Positions 7,943 to 17,489 of a stretch of 64,000 nt of DNA are shown in pieces; the stretch's first letter is position 1; every line of letters begins with the position of its first letter. This DNA is from Candidatus Levyibacteriota bacterium. Its GTDB lineage: Bacteria; Patescibacteriota; Microgenomatia; Levybacterales; GWA1-39-11. The stretch covers positions 92,325 to 156,324 of the forward strand of contig JAGORM010000002.1 in the NCBI GenBank assembly GCA_018062815.1. The letters run 5' to 3'. The translations under genes were made by a program, and so were the position numbers. The notes beneath the pieces were generated by a model that saw nothing but the letters and a program-made list of their open reading frames with translations, was not told the DNA's origin and did not search any database.

Positions 7943-8597
7943 CTCCTCTATGAGTTCTTACAGAGCATACATCTTTGATCTAGATGGAACGATTACTAAT
8001 ACTATGGTAGTTTGGTTAGATCTTTTTAGGCAAGCACTTGCTCATTTTAAGGTCCCATCACCAGAAGATTCTATGATTATGAAATACACCCATGATTGGA
8101 GAGAGATGGTAAACCTTGGGCTACCAGAAGAAAAAGTCTTGGAATTTTCTTCTTACATGACAGAAAAAGCACATACCCATTTGCCTGAAGCAGCATTTCA
8201 TGTGGGTGCTTATGAAACGCTCGATTCACTGAAAAACAACAGGGAAAAAATTGCAATATTTTCCAATATGGATCGTCCGTTATTTGAATCTGCTATAAAA
8301 CATAGGAATTTACATACCATTACGTCTGTTACGATTGCTGGAACTGACGTGCCTCACAGAAAGCCAAAACCTGACGGAATACTACGCGCATTGGAACTTC
8401 TAAAAATTCCAAAAAAAGAACATACAAACGTTGTTTATATAGGAGATAAAGAAACTGATATTCAATCAGCGCGCGCTGCTGGGGTTACTAGTATCTTGTA
8501 CTATCCAGCATCCCATCAGAACATGTATAAATTAGAGGAATTAAAGCTGCATAAACCGGATCGCATTATTACGGATTGGTCACAGCTCTTAACTTGA
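7902..8597 (+). CDS. HAD-superfamily hydrolase (phosphatase; plausible nucleotidase)
   Basis: Motif I reads YIFDLDGTITNT and motif IV reads VYIGDKETDIQSARAAG. The true start is probably the internal Met MSSYRAYIF near 7947. Confidence 0.7.
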   Translation: MDASPQQKKRDKFNSSMSSYRAYIFDLDGTITNTMVVWLDLFRQALAHFKVPSPEDSMIMKYTHDWREMVNLGLPEEKVLEFSSYMTEKAHTHLPEAAFHVGAYETLDSLKNNREKIAIFSNMDRPLFESAIKHRNLHTITSVTIAGTDVPHRKPKPDGILRALELLKIPKKEHTNVVYIGDKETDIQSARAAGVTSILYYPASHQNMYKLEELKLHKPDRIITDWSQLLT

Positions 8598-8634
8598 AAA
8601 AACGCTTTAAAGAGTTTATAAATAAACAGTCATT

Positions 8635-9627
8635 ATGGCAAACCAAAAACATCAGGAATATCAATATTTAGACTTACTGAAAGAAGCCTTAGAGCATGGG
8701 GAACGCAAGGTTGATCGTGGGACAGATATAAAGCTGTATAGTTTGTTTGGTCGTCAAACTCGATACGACTTGTCAGAAGGATTTCCGCTTTTGACCACTA
8801 AAAAAGTTTACTGGAAGGGTGTTATTCATGAACTTGCGTGGTTTATGTCAGGCGACACAAATATTAAATATTTAGTGGATAACAACGTACATATCTGGGA
8901 CGACTACCCATACAAAATTTTTAAAACAAAAAATGCTAAATCTAAATTCACAAAAGATGAGTTTATTGAAAAAATTCGGGAGGACGCAAAATTTGCAAAA
9001 AAGTGGGGAGACCTTCCTCGGATATATGGAGAAATGTGGAGGAAATGGCCTACCCATTCGGCAAGCTCAGGGCGAGCTAAAAAACCTCGAACAATTGATC
9101 AGTTGGCCTGGGTGATGCAGGAGTTAAAAGAGGATCCAGATGCAAAAAATGCAATTGTTACTTCCTGGAATCCAGAATATATGTATACCATGGCGTTGAA
9201 AAAGGAGGCAAATAGATTTCCCATCTGCCACAACATGTATCAAGTTTCCAGGCGTGGGAACAAGTTATCATTACAGCTCTATCAAAGAAGCGCAGACTTG
9301 TTCTTAGGAGTTCCATTTAATATTGCTTCATATTCTCTGCTTATCATTATTCTTGCAAACATTATGGATTTAGAACCCGGAGAATTTATTCATACCTTTG
9401 GAGACGCGCATATTTATGAAAATCATATACCACAGGTAAAAGAACAGTTAACTCGTGTGCCAAGACCTTTTCCAAAGATAAAAATAAATCGGAAAATAAA
9501 ATCTATTGATGATTTTAAAGCAGAGGATATTGAGCTTTTAGAATATGATCCGTATCCTGCCATGAAAGCAGAGCTGACAGTTGCGGGAGGTCTGTATGAC
9601 AAAAAAACCGGCAAAATGGCCGGATGA
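8635..9627 (+). CDS. thyA: thymidylate synthase (ThyA), long form with an about 50-aa insertion
   Basis: LLTTKKVYWKGVIHELAWFMSGDTNIKYL, the active-site region FPICHNMYQ, and DLFLGVPFNIASYSLL. Confidence 0.85.
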   Translation: MANQKHQEYQYLDLLKEALEHGERKVDRGTDIKLYSLFGRQTRYDLSEGFPLLTTKKVYWKGVIHELAWFMSGDTNIKYLVDNNVHIWDDYPYKIFKTKNAKSKFTKDEFIEKIREDAKFAKKWGDLPRIYGEMWRKWPTHSASSGRAKKPRTIDQLAWVMQELKEDPDAKNAIVTSWNPEYMYTMALKKEANRFPICHNMYQVSRRGNKLSLQLYQRSADLFLGVPFNIASYSLLIIILANIMDLEPGEFIHTFGDAHIYENHIPQVKEQLTRVPRPFPKIKINRKIKSIDDFKAEDIELLEYDPYPAMKAELTVAGGLYDKKTGKMAG

Positions 9628-9662
9628 GGTTGGTAGTAAGTAGACAGTAGTATGTATTAAGT

Positions 9663-10037
9663 ATGAATACGAAAATACATTCATTTACAGACTTGAATGC
9701 TTGGAAAGAGTCTCACATGTTAGTACTTCAAATATATAAAATAACAAAAGAATTTTCTGCGGATGAAAAGTTTGGACTTGTAGACCAGATGAGAAGATGT
9801 GCGGTGTCAATTAGTAGTAATATTGCGGAAGGATTTTTCAGGAGAACAAAAAAAGAAAAAGCCCAATTTTTCTATATGGCACTTGGATCTTTAACAGAAC
9901 TTCAGAATCAGCTATTAATCTCTCGTGATTTAACGTATATTGATAACAAGACGTTTACGGATTTAGCCGAGCAAACAGTAACCATAAGTAAACTTGTTAA
10001 TGGTTTGGTGAAGAGTTCGAGGAATTTTAATACATAA
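9663..10037 (+). CDS. four-helix-bundle protein (23S rRNA intervening-sequence protein family)
   Basis: DLNAWKESHMLVLQIYKITKEF...DQMRRCAVSISSNIAEGF is the hallmark pattern of that family. Confidence 0.65.
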   Translation: MNTKIHSFTDLNAWKESHMLVLQIYKITKEFSADEKFGLVDQMRRCAVSISSNIAEGFFRRTKKEKAQFFYMALGSLTELQNQLLISRDLTYIDNKTFTDLAEQTVTISKLVNGLVKSSRNFNT

Positions 10038-10047
10038 TACTTACTAC

Positions 10048-10488
10048 ATGATACACAATACTCGTATTTCTACCGTTGCAGCGCTTGCGTTTAAAGATGA
10101 TAAAGTTCTTTTAGTAAGGCATGGAGAAGCGGCCCATCATTTAACAGGCGTATATGGCTTACCAGGAGGAAGACTTGACGAGGGTGAAAATCTTTTAGAC
10201 GGTGCAGCACGCGAATTTCAAGAAGAAACTGGGCTTATTGCTGATAAATCATCAATGGTTCAGATTCCAATCAGTTACGAAGCAGAAATTCCCAGAAAAG
10301 GTGGGGAAATTTTAAGTACATCATGGAGCGTGTTTTTAGTAAAAAATTACCAAGGAGATTTGTTGGATTCAAAAGACACTGATGAAACAATTCCCGAATG
10401 GGTTGAAGTAGGCAGCGTAGCAGAACTTAATTTGCTGCCGAATACAGAAGATGCTATAAAGGAGGGGCAACAAATTCTTAACTTATAA
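10048..10488 (+). CDS. NUDIX hydrolase
   Basis: The Nudix box reads GLPGGRLDEGENLLDGAAREFQEETGL. Confidence 0.75.
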   Translation: MIHNTRISTVAALAFKDDKVLLVRHGEAAHHLTGVYGLPGGRLDEGENLLDGAAREFQEETGLIADKSSMVQIPISYEAEIPRKGGEILSTSWSVFLVKNYQGDLLDSKDTDETIPEWVEVGSVAELNLLPNTEDAIKEGQQILNL

Positions 10489-10491
10489 TTC

Positions 10492-11058
10492 ATGATACAA
10501 AATACCAGGGTTAGTATAATTGCGGCAATTGGGAAAAACAGAGAACTTGGAAAAGAAGATAGACTGCTGTGGGAAATTCCAGAGGATGCAAAATTTTTTA
10601 GAGACATGACACGCGGGCATGTGAATATTATGGGAAGGAAAACCTATGAATCTTTGCTTCACTATTACAAAGGAAAGCCCATGCCAAAAAGAGTAAGTGT
10701 TGTAGTGACTCGTGACGCAAAATATAAAGCAGCCGATGGTGTATTTGTTTTTACTGACATGAAAGAGGCGGTAGAGTTTGCCAAAAAAAAAGAGCAGGAG
10801 ATTTCTAAGATTGAAGAGTATAAGAATGCACGAGACCTAAGGTCTCTGGAGGCTGAAGTGTATGACATAGGTGGAGGACAGATTTATGCGCTTGGTCTTC
10901 CCTTTGCTGATAGATTATATCTGACATTTGTAGACGGTGAATTTCCTCAGGCAGATGCCTTTTTTCCGGAATTTCCAGAATTTACTAAAGTTGTGGGGGA
11001 GAAAAAAGGTTTAAAGGGTGAATATGATTACACATTTAAAACTTTAGAACGGGGATGA
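10492..11058 (+). CDS. folA: dihydrofolate reductase
   Basis: VSIIAAIGKNRELGKEDRLLWEIPEDAKFFRDMTRGHVNIMGRKTYES and the C-terminal DIGGGQIYALGLP. Confidence 0.85.
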   Translation: MIQNTRVSIIAAIGKNRELGKEDRLLWEIPEDAKFFRDMTRGHVNIMGRKTYESLLHYYKGKPMPKRVSVVVTRDAKYKAADGVFVFTDMKEAVEFAKKKEQEISKIEEYKNARDLRSLEAEVYDIGGGQIYALGLPFADRLYLTFVDGEFPQADAFFPEFPEFTKVVGEKKGLKGEYDYTFKTLERG

Positions 11059-11119
11059 TCTTTTTAAAGGGATTAATTGATAGACTTCTTCAATCTTATT
11101 TTAAAAACCATATAATCTT

Positions 11120-11575
11120 ATGAAAAAGCTGAAGAAGTATGAATTTTATCCACCTCACAAGCATTTTGTGCGTTTTCTTAAGCGTGTTGAATATAAAAGA
11201 TATTTTTTGTACTTAATCCGTTGGCAATTATCAACTCCTATACTTGCACCCATTGTAGCCTGGGTAAAACATTCACCATCTATTCTTGGTACTCCTGAAG
11301 ATTGGTATGCTGCGGGAATCGCAAATCTTATAGGAGGTCTTATTTTCTTTTGGGTTGACCTTTTTATATTCAAATCTCAATCTTTGGCTACACAATGGGA
11401 AATTAAAGAAAATATTAGATGTACGGATTGCAGAAAGATTGCTCGTGGTTATAGACTAGTTAAAACACCAAAATATGACAGGACAAAAGATATAAATCCT
11501 GAATTTAGGTGTGAAAATTGTTCTATGAAAAAGTCAAAAAAATTAAGAGAAAGAGGTATTTCTACTGAAGGGTGA
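11120..11575 (+). CDS. hypothetical membrane protein with a C-terminal CxxC...CxxC zinc-ribbon
   Basis: Two predicted TM helices, then CTDCRK...CENCSMKK. Confidence 0.4.
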   Translation: MKKLKKYEFYPPHKHFVRFLKRVEYKRYFLYLIRWQLSTPILAPIVAWVKHSPSILGTPEDWYAAGIANLIGGLIFFWVDLFIFKSQSLATQWEIKENIRCTDCRKIARGYRLVKTPKYDRTKDINPEFRCENCSMKKSKKLRERGISTEG

Positions 11576-12194
11576 TCGTGAGGGGTCGAGTATCTTTAAG
11601 GATAGAGCCCTGAGTAGTATTTGTTGTCACCTTTGTTTCTTTCCCAAATGTAATACTTGCAGAAGCACTTGTTCCTTTTATCACAGTAAATGCTAATTTC
11701 CCAATACTTCCGGTCCCATTTACAGGCAAGCCGTTTGTGCTTATAACTTCTGCAAAAGTTAGCTTTCCGGGAACTGAAGTATCTGTAAATAGTGTCATAT
11801 GAGATCCGGGATTGTTTCCGAAAAGTGAATTAGTGGTTTCAGACGGAAGAATCTTAACATTTGTTATCTGTTTTGGGTCATAAAGAATTTCTGCTTGGGC
11901 ACCAGTTATAGGGGTACCTGCCGTTTCAACAATTATGTCAACGGTCGCTGATGGTGTAGTTGAGGTTGAAAGGTCTAACACTGCAGGAAAAAAAGAGACG
12001 CTAGCCGTTTTCATAACTGTTGGGGTGGGGGTAACTGTTGCAACTGTAACTGCTGGTTTATTTTGGGATCCAATCCAAATGGAAAGCCCGAGTAGTGCAA
12101 CCGTTAGAGTAACTAAAAAAGATATCAGAATTAATGTTTTTCCTGGGATACTCCTCATATATTTATTATGCCCATAAGGGCAAAAAAATTGCAA
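11562..12194 (-). CDS. secreted or membrane-anchored cohesin-like domain protein
   Basis: N-terminal TM and a PT linker, then VDIIVETAGTPITGAQAEILYDPKQITNVKI...GKLTFAEVISTNG...GSIGKLAFTVIKGT...ITFGKE. This resembles the type-I cohesin pattern (xFxYDPxxLxxxxV ... G.F.F...G.AxxxFxV). Confidence 0.45.
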   Translation of the reverse strand: MQFFCPYGHNKYMRSIPGKTLILISFLVTLTVALLGLSIWIGSQNKPAVTVATVTPTPTVMKTASVSFFPAVLDLSTSTTPSATVDIIVETAGTPITGAQAEILYDPKQITNVKILPSETTNSLFGNNPGSHMTLFTDTSVPGKLTFAEVISTNGLPVNGTGSIGKLAFTVIKGTSASASITFGKETKVTTNTTQGSILKDTRPLTITLQ

Positions 12195-12208
12195 GAGGAG
12201 AGGTTATA

Positions 12209-13093
12209 CTATGTCCCATGCATTTTCCTAGCTTTAGCATATGCGGAAATTGCCTGTGCAGTATCTTGAAGTGTGACTTGAGGGAAACGCTTTTCGTATG
12301 TTATCCATTGTGTATTTTTCCCGTTTAGCCATCCTATGTCAGAAGAATGAAAAGCTCCAATACCTTTCCCCATAGTTATCTGTTCACCTGCTCTAATAGC
12401 AAGATCAACTGTTCTTATAAGTCCACCCGAATCACGCCATTTCCATATCTCTTCCGGTGATAGAGTAATTTTTTTATTTAGTGGGAAAATTTTTCCGGTA
12501 TTTAACGCGTCTTCATGTGTTCTCATGTCTTGATCAAATCCCCCAAAATCAACCGCAATTCCTATTACTTTTCCCGGATTTTCTTTTGTCTTTTCCTCAA
12601 GTGCGTGCATATTTTCTATTAGCTTAGGATAATCTTTATATACTAATGCCATATTTTCTCTAATCTTTTTCCTTCCTAAGTGAATAAATCTTCCTCCTAT
12701 TAAATCTAAATGCTCTTCAATTTTTGGAATTGTTTTATTCATGAGAGTCATAAGTCCATCAATTTCTTTTGGTGGCCTGAGCCAGTTATCAGTTGAGAAT
12801 CCCCATGCAATAGCTGTTTGTGTTGGGATATCTTTATGGGAGAGCACTTTAAGTTGAAGGAGTAAATTGTCTGTTCCCATTTGATAGGCTGTGGAAGTCT
12901 CAATTCTTGCATCTTGTGCAAATCTTCTTTGACCATCCGGGATGATGAGAACAGACTTTGGAAACTCCTCATCGCTGAGACTTTTGAGTTCAGGAGAATT
13001 TCTAAAATTCACTTTGTAGGCCAAGTCTATCCACCTTTTTTTATCCAGATCACGTTTCAGCAAATTGTATGAATGTGCCTCTTTAAGGTTCAT
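12209..13093 (-). CDS. uppS: isoprenyl transferase of the undecaprenyl-diphosphate synthase (cis-prenyltransferase) family
   Basis: VLIIPDGQRRFAQ (compare IIMDGNGRWA) and AIAWGFSTDNWLRPPKEIDGLMTL (compare YAFSTENWKRP). Confidence 0.6.
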   Translation of the reverse strand: MNLKEAHSYNLLKRDLDKKRWIDLAYKVNFRNSPELKSLSDEEFPKSVLIIPDGQRRFAQDARIETSTAYQMGTDNLLLQLKVLSHKDIPTQTAIAWGFSTDNWLRPPKEIDGLMTLMNKTIPKIEEHLDLIGGRFIHLGRKKIRENMALVYKDYPKLIENMHALEEKTKENPGKVIGIAVDFGGFDQDMRTHEDALNTGKIFPLNKKITLSPEEIWKWRDSGGLIRTVDLAIRAGEQITMGKGIGAFHSSDIGWLNGKNTQWITYEKRFPQVTLQDTAQAISAYAKARKMHGT

Positions 13094-13179
13094 GAGAGAA
13101 ACAATAGTACTACTTTAGCCGTCATAGCGCAACTTTTATGACTATCTTTTACTTATAAAATTTATGATATAATCTGGCT

Positions 13180-14442
13180 ATGAAGGTAAAAGATGTAATG
13201 CAGACCTCAGTCATTTCAGTTTCTGAAGACGCTCTTATCAAGGAAGTTGCTCAGATGATTTTCTCCATAGGTATTTCAGGCGCACCCGTTGTTAAGGGGA
13301 ATAATCTGGTTGGTATTGTTACGGAAGAAGATATCCTAGCACATATGTACACAAATGATAAAAAGAATACGCAGGATTATATGGGAGTTCAAGACTTTAA
13401 TTTGGTAGAGCATAATATAGTTAGCCTTTTGGATAAACCGGTAAGTACTATTATGAATAGAAATGTTTTATCAATAACTGGGGATGAGCCTGTCATGAAG
13501 GCGCAAGGGTTAATGCTTAACAAGAAATTCAGTAGGGTACCGGTAGTAAACAAAAAAAAAGAACTAATCGGGATAATTTCTCAAGGAGATATTTTTAGAG
13601 AAGTTTTAAAAGAAGAAATGCCCGTATTAGAGAAAGATCGATTCGCGAGTTTTATGTCGACAAACTATGACATGATGATTGATTGGGAGCAGAGATTTGA
13701 GGAAGAATTTCCATCTCTTTTTAGAATATTTAAAAAAGAAAGCGTGCAAAAAGTTTTAGATTTGGGCGTGTGGAGTGGCATATTTAGTATAGGGCTTGCA
13801 CAAGAGGGGTTAAGCGTAACTGCGCTTGAACAAAATAAACTTATGCTAGAAATTGCAAATAAAAAACGAGAAGCCCTTTCACCCGTAATAAAAGACAATA
13901 TACAATTTTTCAACACAGACTACTCAGATATTAAAAGTGTAACAAATGGTGAATATGATGCAGCGCTTTGTTTAGGTAATGCACTTCTGTACATGCCGGG
14001 GGATCTGTCTCATATATTTACGCAAGTGCATAGTGTGTTAAAGCAAAATGGGATATGTATTATTCAAATAATAAATGTGAATCGTGTGTTAGAGAAAAAA
14101 AAGAGACTCCTTAATTTTCAAATTCAAAAACCATCCGAACTTTCTGGTCATGAAAGATTATTTTTGGAGTTTCTTGATAAAAAGGACAAAGACATAGTAC
14201 GTCATAATCTTGCAGTTTTTGATTCATCTGGGGGAAGTTGGGTATACCAGGGGGGAACGGCTATAGATATGAAGTTTGTTCAGGAAAAAGAAATTTCTAA
14301 AACTTTGAAAGAAGTTGGGTTTTCAGATATATCAGTTGGAGGGTATCAGGGCGAGTATCAGGGTGAATATAGTCCTATTTCTTTTATTAAACCATTCGAT
14401 GCTTCTACAAGCGATTGGATGACAATTGTTGCAAGAAAGTAG
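13180..14442 (+). CDS. CBS-pair domain fused to a class I SAM-dependent methyltransferase
   Basis: Two CBS motifs (VMQTSVISVSEDALIKEV..., IMNRNVLSITGDEPVMKA...) followed by the MTase motif I VLDLGVWSGIFSIGLA. Confidence 0.6.
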   Translation: MKVKDVMQTSVISVSEDALIKEVAQMIFSIGISGAPVVKGNNLVGIVTEEDILAHMYTNDKKNTQDYMGVQDFNLVEHNIVSLLDKPVSTIMNRNVLSITGDEPVMKAQGLMLNKKFSRVPVVNKKKELIGIISQGDIFREVLKEEMPVLEKDRFASFMSTNYDMMIDWEQRFEEEFPSLFRIFKKESVQKVLDLGVWSGIFSIGLAQEGLSVTALEQNKLMLEIANKKREALSPVIKDNIQFFNTDYSDIKSVTNGEYDAALCLGNALLYMPGDLSHIFTQVHSVLKQNGICIIQIINVNRVLEKKKRLLNFQIQKPSELSGHERLFLEFLDKKDKDIVRHNLAVFDSSGGSWVYQGGTAIDMKFVQEKEISKTLKEVGFSDISVGGYQGEYQGEYSPISFIKPFDASTSDWMTIVARK

Positions 14443-14455
14443 TTTTTAATACGAA

Positions 14456-15391
14456 TTATTTTTTCCCTTCGCAAATTACTACGGGAAGATTCTTTATCGG
14501 GAATCCATTGTTAAATAGATAATCATATCCTCTTGCCGGTTTTACAGGTGCTTCACTTACCGCGATATTACTAAAGTGAGGACGGAGTAGGGCTAATTGC
14601 TCCGCTGACAAATGACTTCCTGATATATCTTCCATGCCTGGATAGTATGCAAAAAATGTAAATACTCCCTCTTTGCTGTACAGTATTTTTGTGAGCGTTG
14701 CGATATCTTCTATGTCATTAACGCCTGTTTCCGTTTTTTCTAGAGGGAAAGTATCTGAAATTATAATGTTAAATTTTTTCTTTTCATTCTCAAGACGTTG
14801 TGTAACCTCTCTTGCATCTCCTTCATGTATGACAATATCTATATCATATTTTATTCCTGATCTTTCACTCTTATCCTTTATGGATCTCATCATAATATCT
14901 TTCCATGCATAAACCCCAAATTCTTCATTTTGTAAAACATCCTGATTAAGTTCAATAACATGATATTCCCCGGATCCTCTTTGCATAAGATGATCAATTA
15001 CTTTTGTCCCTGCAATATTAAGTCCTGCGCCTCTCTCTAGTACTCTTAATTTGTGCTTGGGGTTCATGCCTTTTATGGTTTTTGTTGCAAAAGCTTGATC
15101 TACTGTTTCAACAGCCCATGGAGCCTCGCAAGTATCCATTACTTGCATGGTTGTATTATCGGCCTCTATAAGCAATCTTTTCCCGTCGCCATATCGGTAA
15201 GTATTTCCATCCCGATCTGTTATACGACCCCCTGGATAGCCAATAACCTTAGCGGATGCATTTTTCCACAACTCTATGGAAGACGTTAAATCTTTAGTGT
15301 CAGTATTGTCTATTGCCGACTCTTTATTTAGTCTAAATTTTGATTCTGCAAGCGGAATTCCGCCCAACGTATTTTCGGATGAGTATCCCAT
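14456..15391 (-). CDS. putative SAM-dependent methyltransferase or spermidine-synthase-like protein
   Basis: LRVLERGAGLNIAGTKVIDHL resembles a Rossmann-fold motif I. Otherwise unrecognised. Confidence 0.3.
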   Translation of the reverse strand: MGYSSENTLGGIPLAESKFRLNKESAIDNTDTKDLTSSIELWKNASAKVIGYPGGRITDRDGNTYRYGDGKRLLIEADNTTMQVMDTCEAPWAVETVDQAFATKTIKGMNPKHKLRVLERGAGLNIAGTKVIDHLMQRGSGEYHVIELNQDVLQNEEFGVYAWKDIMMRSIKDKSERSGIKYDIDIVIHEGDAREVTQRLENEKKKFNIIISDTFPLEKTETGVNDIEDIATLTKILYSKEGVFTFFAYYPGMEDISGSHLSAEQLALLRPHFSNIAVSEAPVKPARGYDYLFNNGFPIKNLPVVICEGKK

Positions 15392-15496
15392 ATTTTTAGA
15401 CGCAAAAACAACCGAGTATACAAATATATCCGGTTTGAGACTTATTATATATCCTAGAGCGTGAACAAGTCAAGAAAACTACGAGTAAAAGGAGTA

Positions 15497-16852
15497 TTAA
15501 GGTAGGGGGAACTTTATTGCAAATTCTTTAACCTCACGACCAATTTTTTGTAAATTTTTATTACTCATTATTTCTTTTTTCTGGTTTTTCCACCATTCAG
15601 CTCTTTTTTCTTTCTCTTTTGGAGCTTCATTTCCCAAAACCTGATTTACCGCGTCATTCATCCATTTTGCTACTTTTTTCATGTCCCGTTCCTTGAGCCC
15701 CCGAGTAGTTATAGCGGGAGTTCCCAATCTGATTCCGGACGGGTAGAATGGTGGGTTAGTATCAAAAGGCACGCCGTTTTTGTTTAGCACTATGCCTGCT
15801 TGCTCTAGTGCAAGCGCTGCTACATTCCCGCTTACTTTTTTGTTTCTAAGGTCTATTAAAATCAGATGATTGTCTGAGCCTCCGCTAACTAAACTAAAAT
15901 TATATTTAAGTAGCTCCTCAGCAAGTGCTTTGGTATTTTTTACAATCTGTTCACCATATCTTTTAAATTTTGGGGAACTTGCTTCTTTTATGGAAACAGC
16001 AATTGCTGCTGTTTGATTATCATGTGGGCCTCCCTGAAGCCCAGGAATAATAGCAGTATCAATAAGCTTTGGTAGATCAGGGTTTTTTGTAATTCCCTTT
16101 TCAGTTACCATAATAAGTCCCCCCCTGGGCCCTCTTAACGTCTTGTGAGTTGTTGTGGTTACAATATGTGCATAGGGAACAGGAGAGGGGTGAACGCCTG
16201 CTACAACTAATCCTGCGATGTGTGAGATATCAGCAAGTAAATAAGCTCCTACCTTTTCCGCAATAGCACCAAATTTCTTAAAATCTATAATTCTGGGATA
16301 TGCAGTGAAACCACAGACAATAATATCTGGTTTTTCAGCTAATGCCAGTTTTTCAATAGCCGCATAGTCAAGTTTTCCGTCTTTCCCCAGTTCATATAAT
16401 ACAGACTTAAAGAACTTTCCTGATGCTGATTGAGGCTGTCCGTGAGTTAAATGCCCTCCAAAGGCAAGAGAAAGTCCCATTATCTTTCCTTTTAACGGTT
16501 GCAAAAGTGCAAAGTATACAGCAAGATTCATAACTGACCCTGAAAGGGGCTGCACGTTAACATAGGGGATATCCAGTAATTTTTTAATTCTCTCTTGAGC
16601 CAAAAGTTCAACCTCATCAGCGACCGCGTTTCCCTGGTAGTATCTTTTCTTAGGATATCCCTCTGAATATTTGTTGTTAAGACTGGTACCAAGTGCTTCA
16701 AGAACCGCAGAAGATGCGTAATTTTCTGAGGGGATCATTTCTAGGACTTCTTTTTGTCTCTTGTCCTCTGCTTTTATAAGTTTAAAAATTTCAGGATCTT
16801 GCTGCTTGAGGTTCATACAGTTCAATATACTAAAAAAAATCCTTACAAACAA
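15497..16852 (-). CDS. glyA: serine hydroxymethyltransferase
   Basis: EMIPSENYASSAVLEALGTSLNNKYSEGYP...THKTLRGPRGGLIM. The likely true start is MNLKQQD near 16816. Confidence 0.9.
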   Translation of the reverse strand: MFVRIFFSILNCMNLKQQDPEIFKLIKAEDKRQKEVLEMIPSENYASSAVLEALGTSLNNKYSEGYPKKRYYQGNAVADEVELLAQERIKKLLDIPYVNVQPLSGSVMNLAVYFALLQPLKGKIMGLSLAFGGHLTHGQPQSASGKFFKSVLYELGKDGKLDYAAIEKLALAEKPDIIVCGFTAYPRIIDFKKFGAIAEKVGAYLLADISHIAGLVVAGVHPSPVPYAHIVTTTTHKTLRGPRGGLIMVTEKGITKNPDLPKLIDTAIIPGLQGGPHDNQTAAIAVSIKEASSPKFKRYGEQIVKNTKALAEELLKYNFSLVSGGSDNHLILIDLRNKKVSGNVAALALEQAGIVLNKNGVPFDTNPPFYPSGIRLGTPAITTRGLKERDMKKVAKWMNDAVNQVLGNEAPKEKEKRAEWWKNQKKEIMSNKNLQKIGREVKEFAIKFPLP

Positions 16853-16859
16853 CTTGTAT

Positions 16860-16888
16860 TTGACAGCAGAGTAAAGCTTTGAAATACT
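16860..16888 (+). promoter_or_regulatory. candidate sigma70-type promoter (TTGACA-17-AATACT) for the 16898 ORF
   Basis: Read directly from the divergent intergenic region. Confidence 0.3.
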
Positions 16889-16897
16889 GTTAGTTAT

Positions 16898-17479
16898 ATG
16901 AGTAATAAAAAGATACTGGTAGGTGTTGTTTTTGCAGTTGCTATGTTGGGTGGCGCTATTTTTTTAGCTTTTAGAAATTATCAGTCGCAAGTAAATGAGA
17001 TGCCAGTGAGTGCTTTGAGTGAATTTAGTAATGCCAATTTGGATGAAAGTAATTATAAATCAGCAAATCTTGCTCAGTTTTCTATTTCATTCCCGAATTC
17101 TTTTACTTCATCTGAACATATACTTTCAGGTGATGAAGGAGTGTCGCTTGTTTTAAATTCCGAAGACCTTGATAAGAATTTGGCGTCATTTACAATAGAA
17201 AAATACCCCGTAGATAAAGTGGAATTAAAATCATTAATTGAGTACTTTAATAGATCTAAGTTGTCACAAAGAGATATTTTTTTAGGTCAGACAAAAATTC
17301 AGGCAGTATATTTTACAGGAGCGGCTCCTTCACTACAGGGGCCAGTACAGCAAAATGTTATTCTTCTAAGCCATAATGGGTATGTATATAAAATACAGAT
17401 GTCGTACACATCAGAGGAAAGAAATGTTGAGTTAGAGGAAGAATTCAAGAATATTTCCTCAACAATTAATTTTCTATAA
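16898..17479 (+). CDS. hypothetical membrane-anchored protein
   Basis: N-terminal TM (ILVGVVFAVAMLGGAIFLAF); no motif. Confidence 0.35.
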   Translation: MSNKKILVGVVFAVAMLGGAIFLAFRNYQSQVNEMPVSALSEFSNANLDESNYKSANLAQFSISFPNSFTSSEHILSGDEGVSLVLNSEDLDKNLASFTIEKYPVDKVELKSLIEYFNRSKLSQRDIFLGQTKIQAVYFTGAAPSLQGPVQQNVILLSHNGYVYKIQMSYTSEERNVELEEEFKNISSTINFL

Positions 17480-17489
17480 TAAATAGTGG

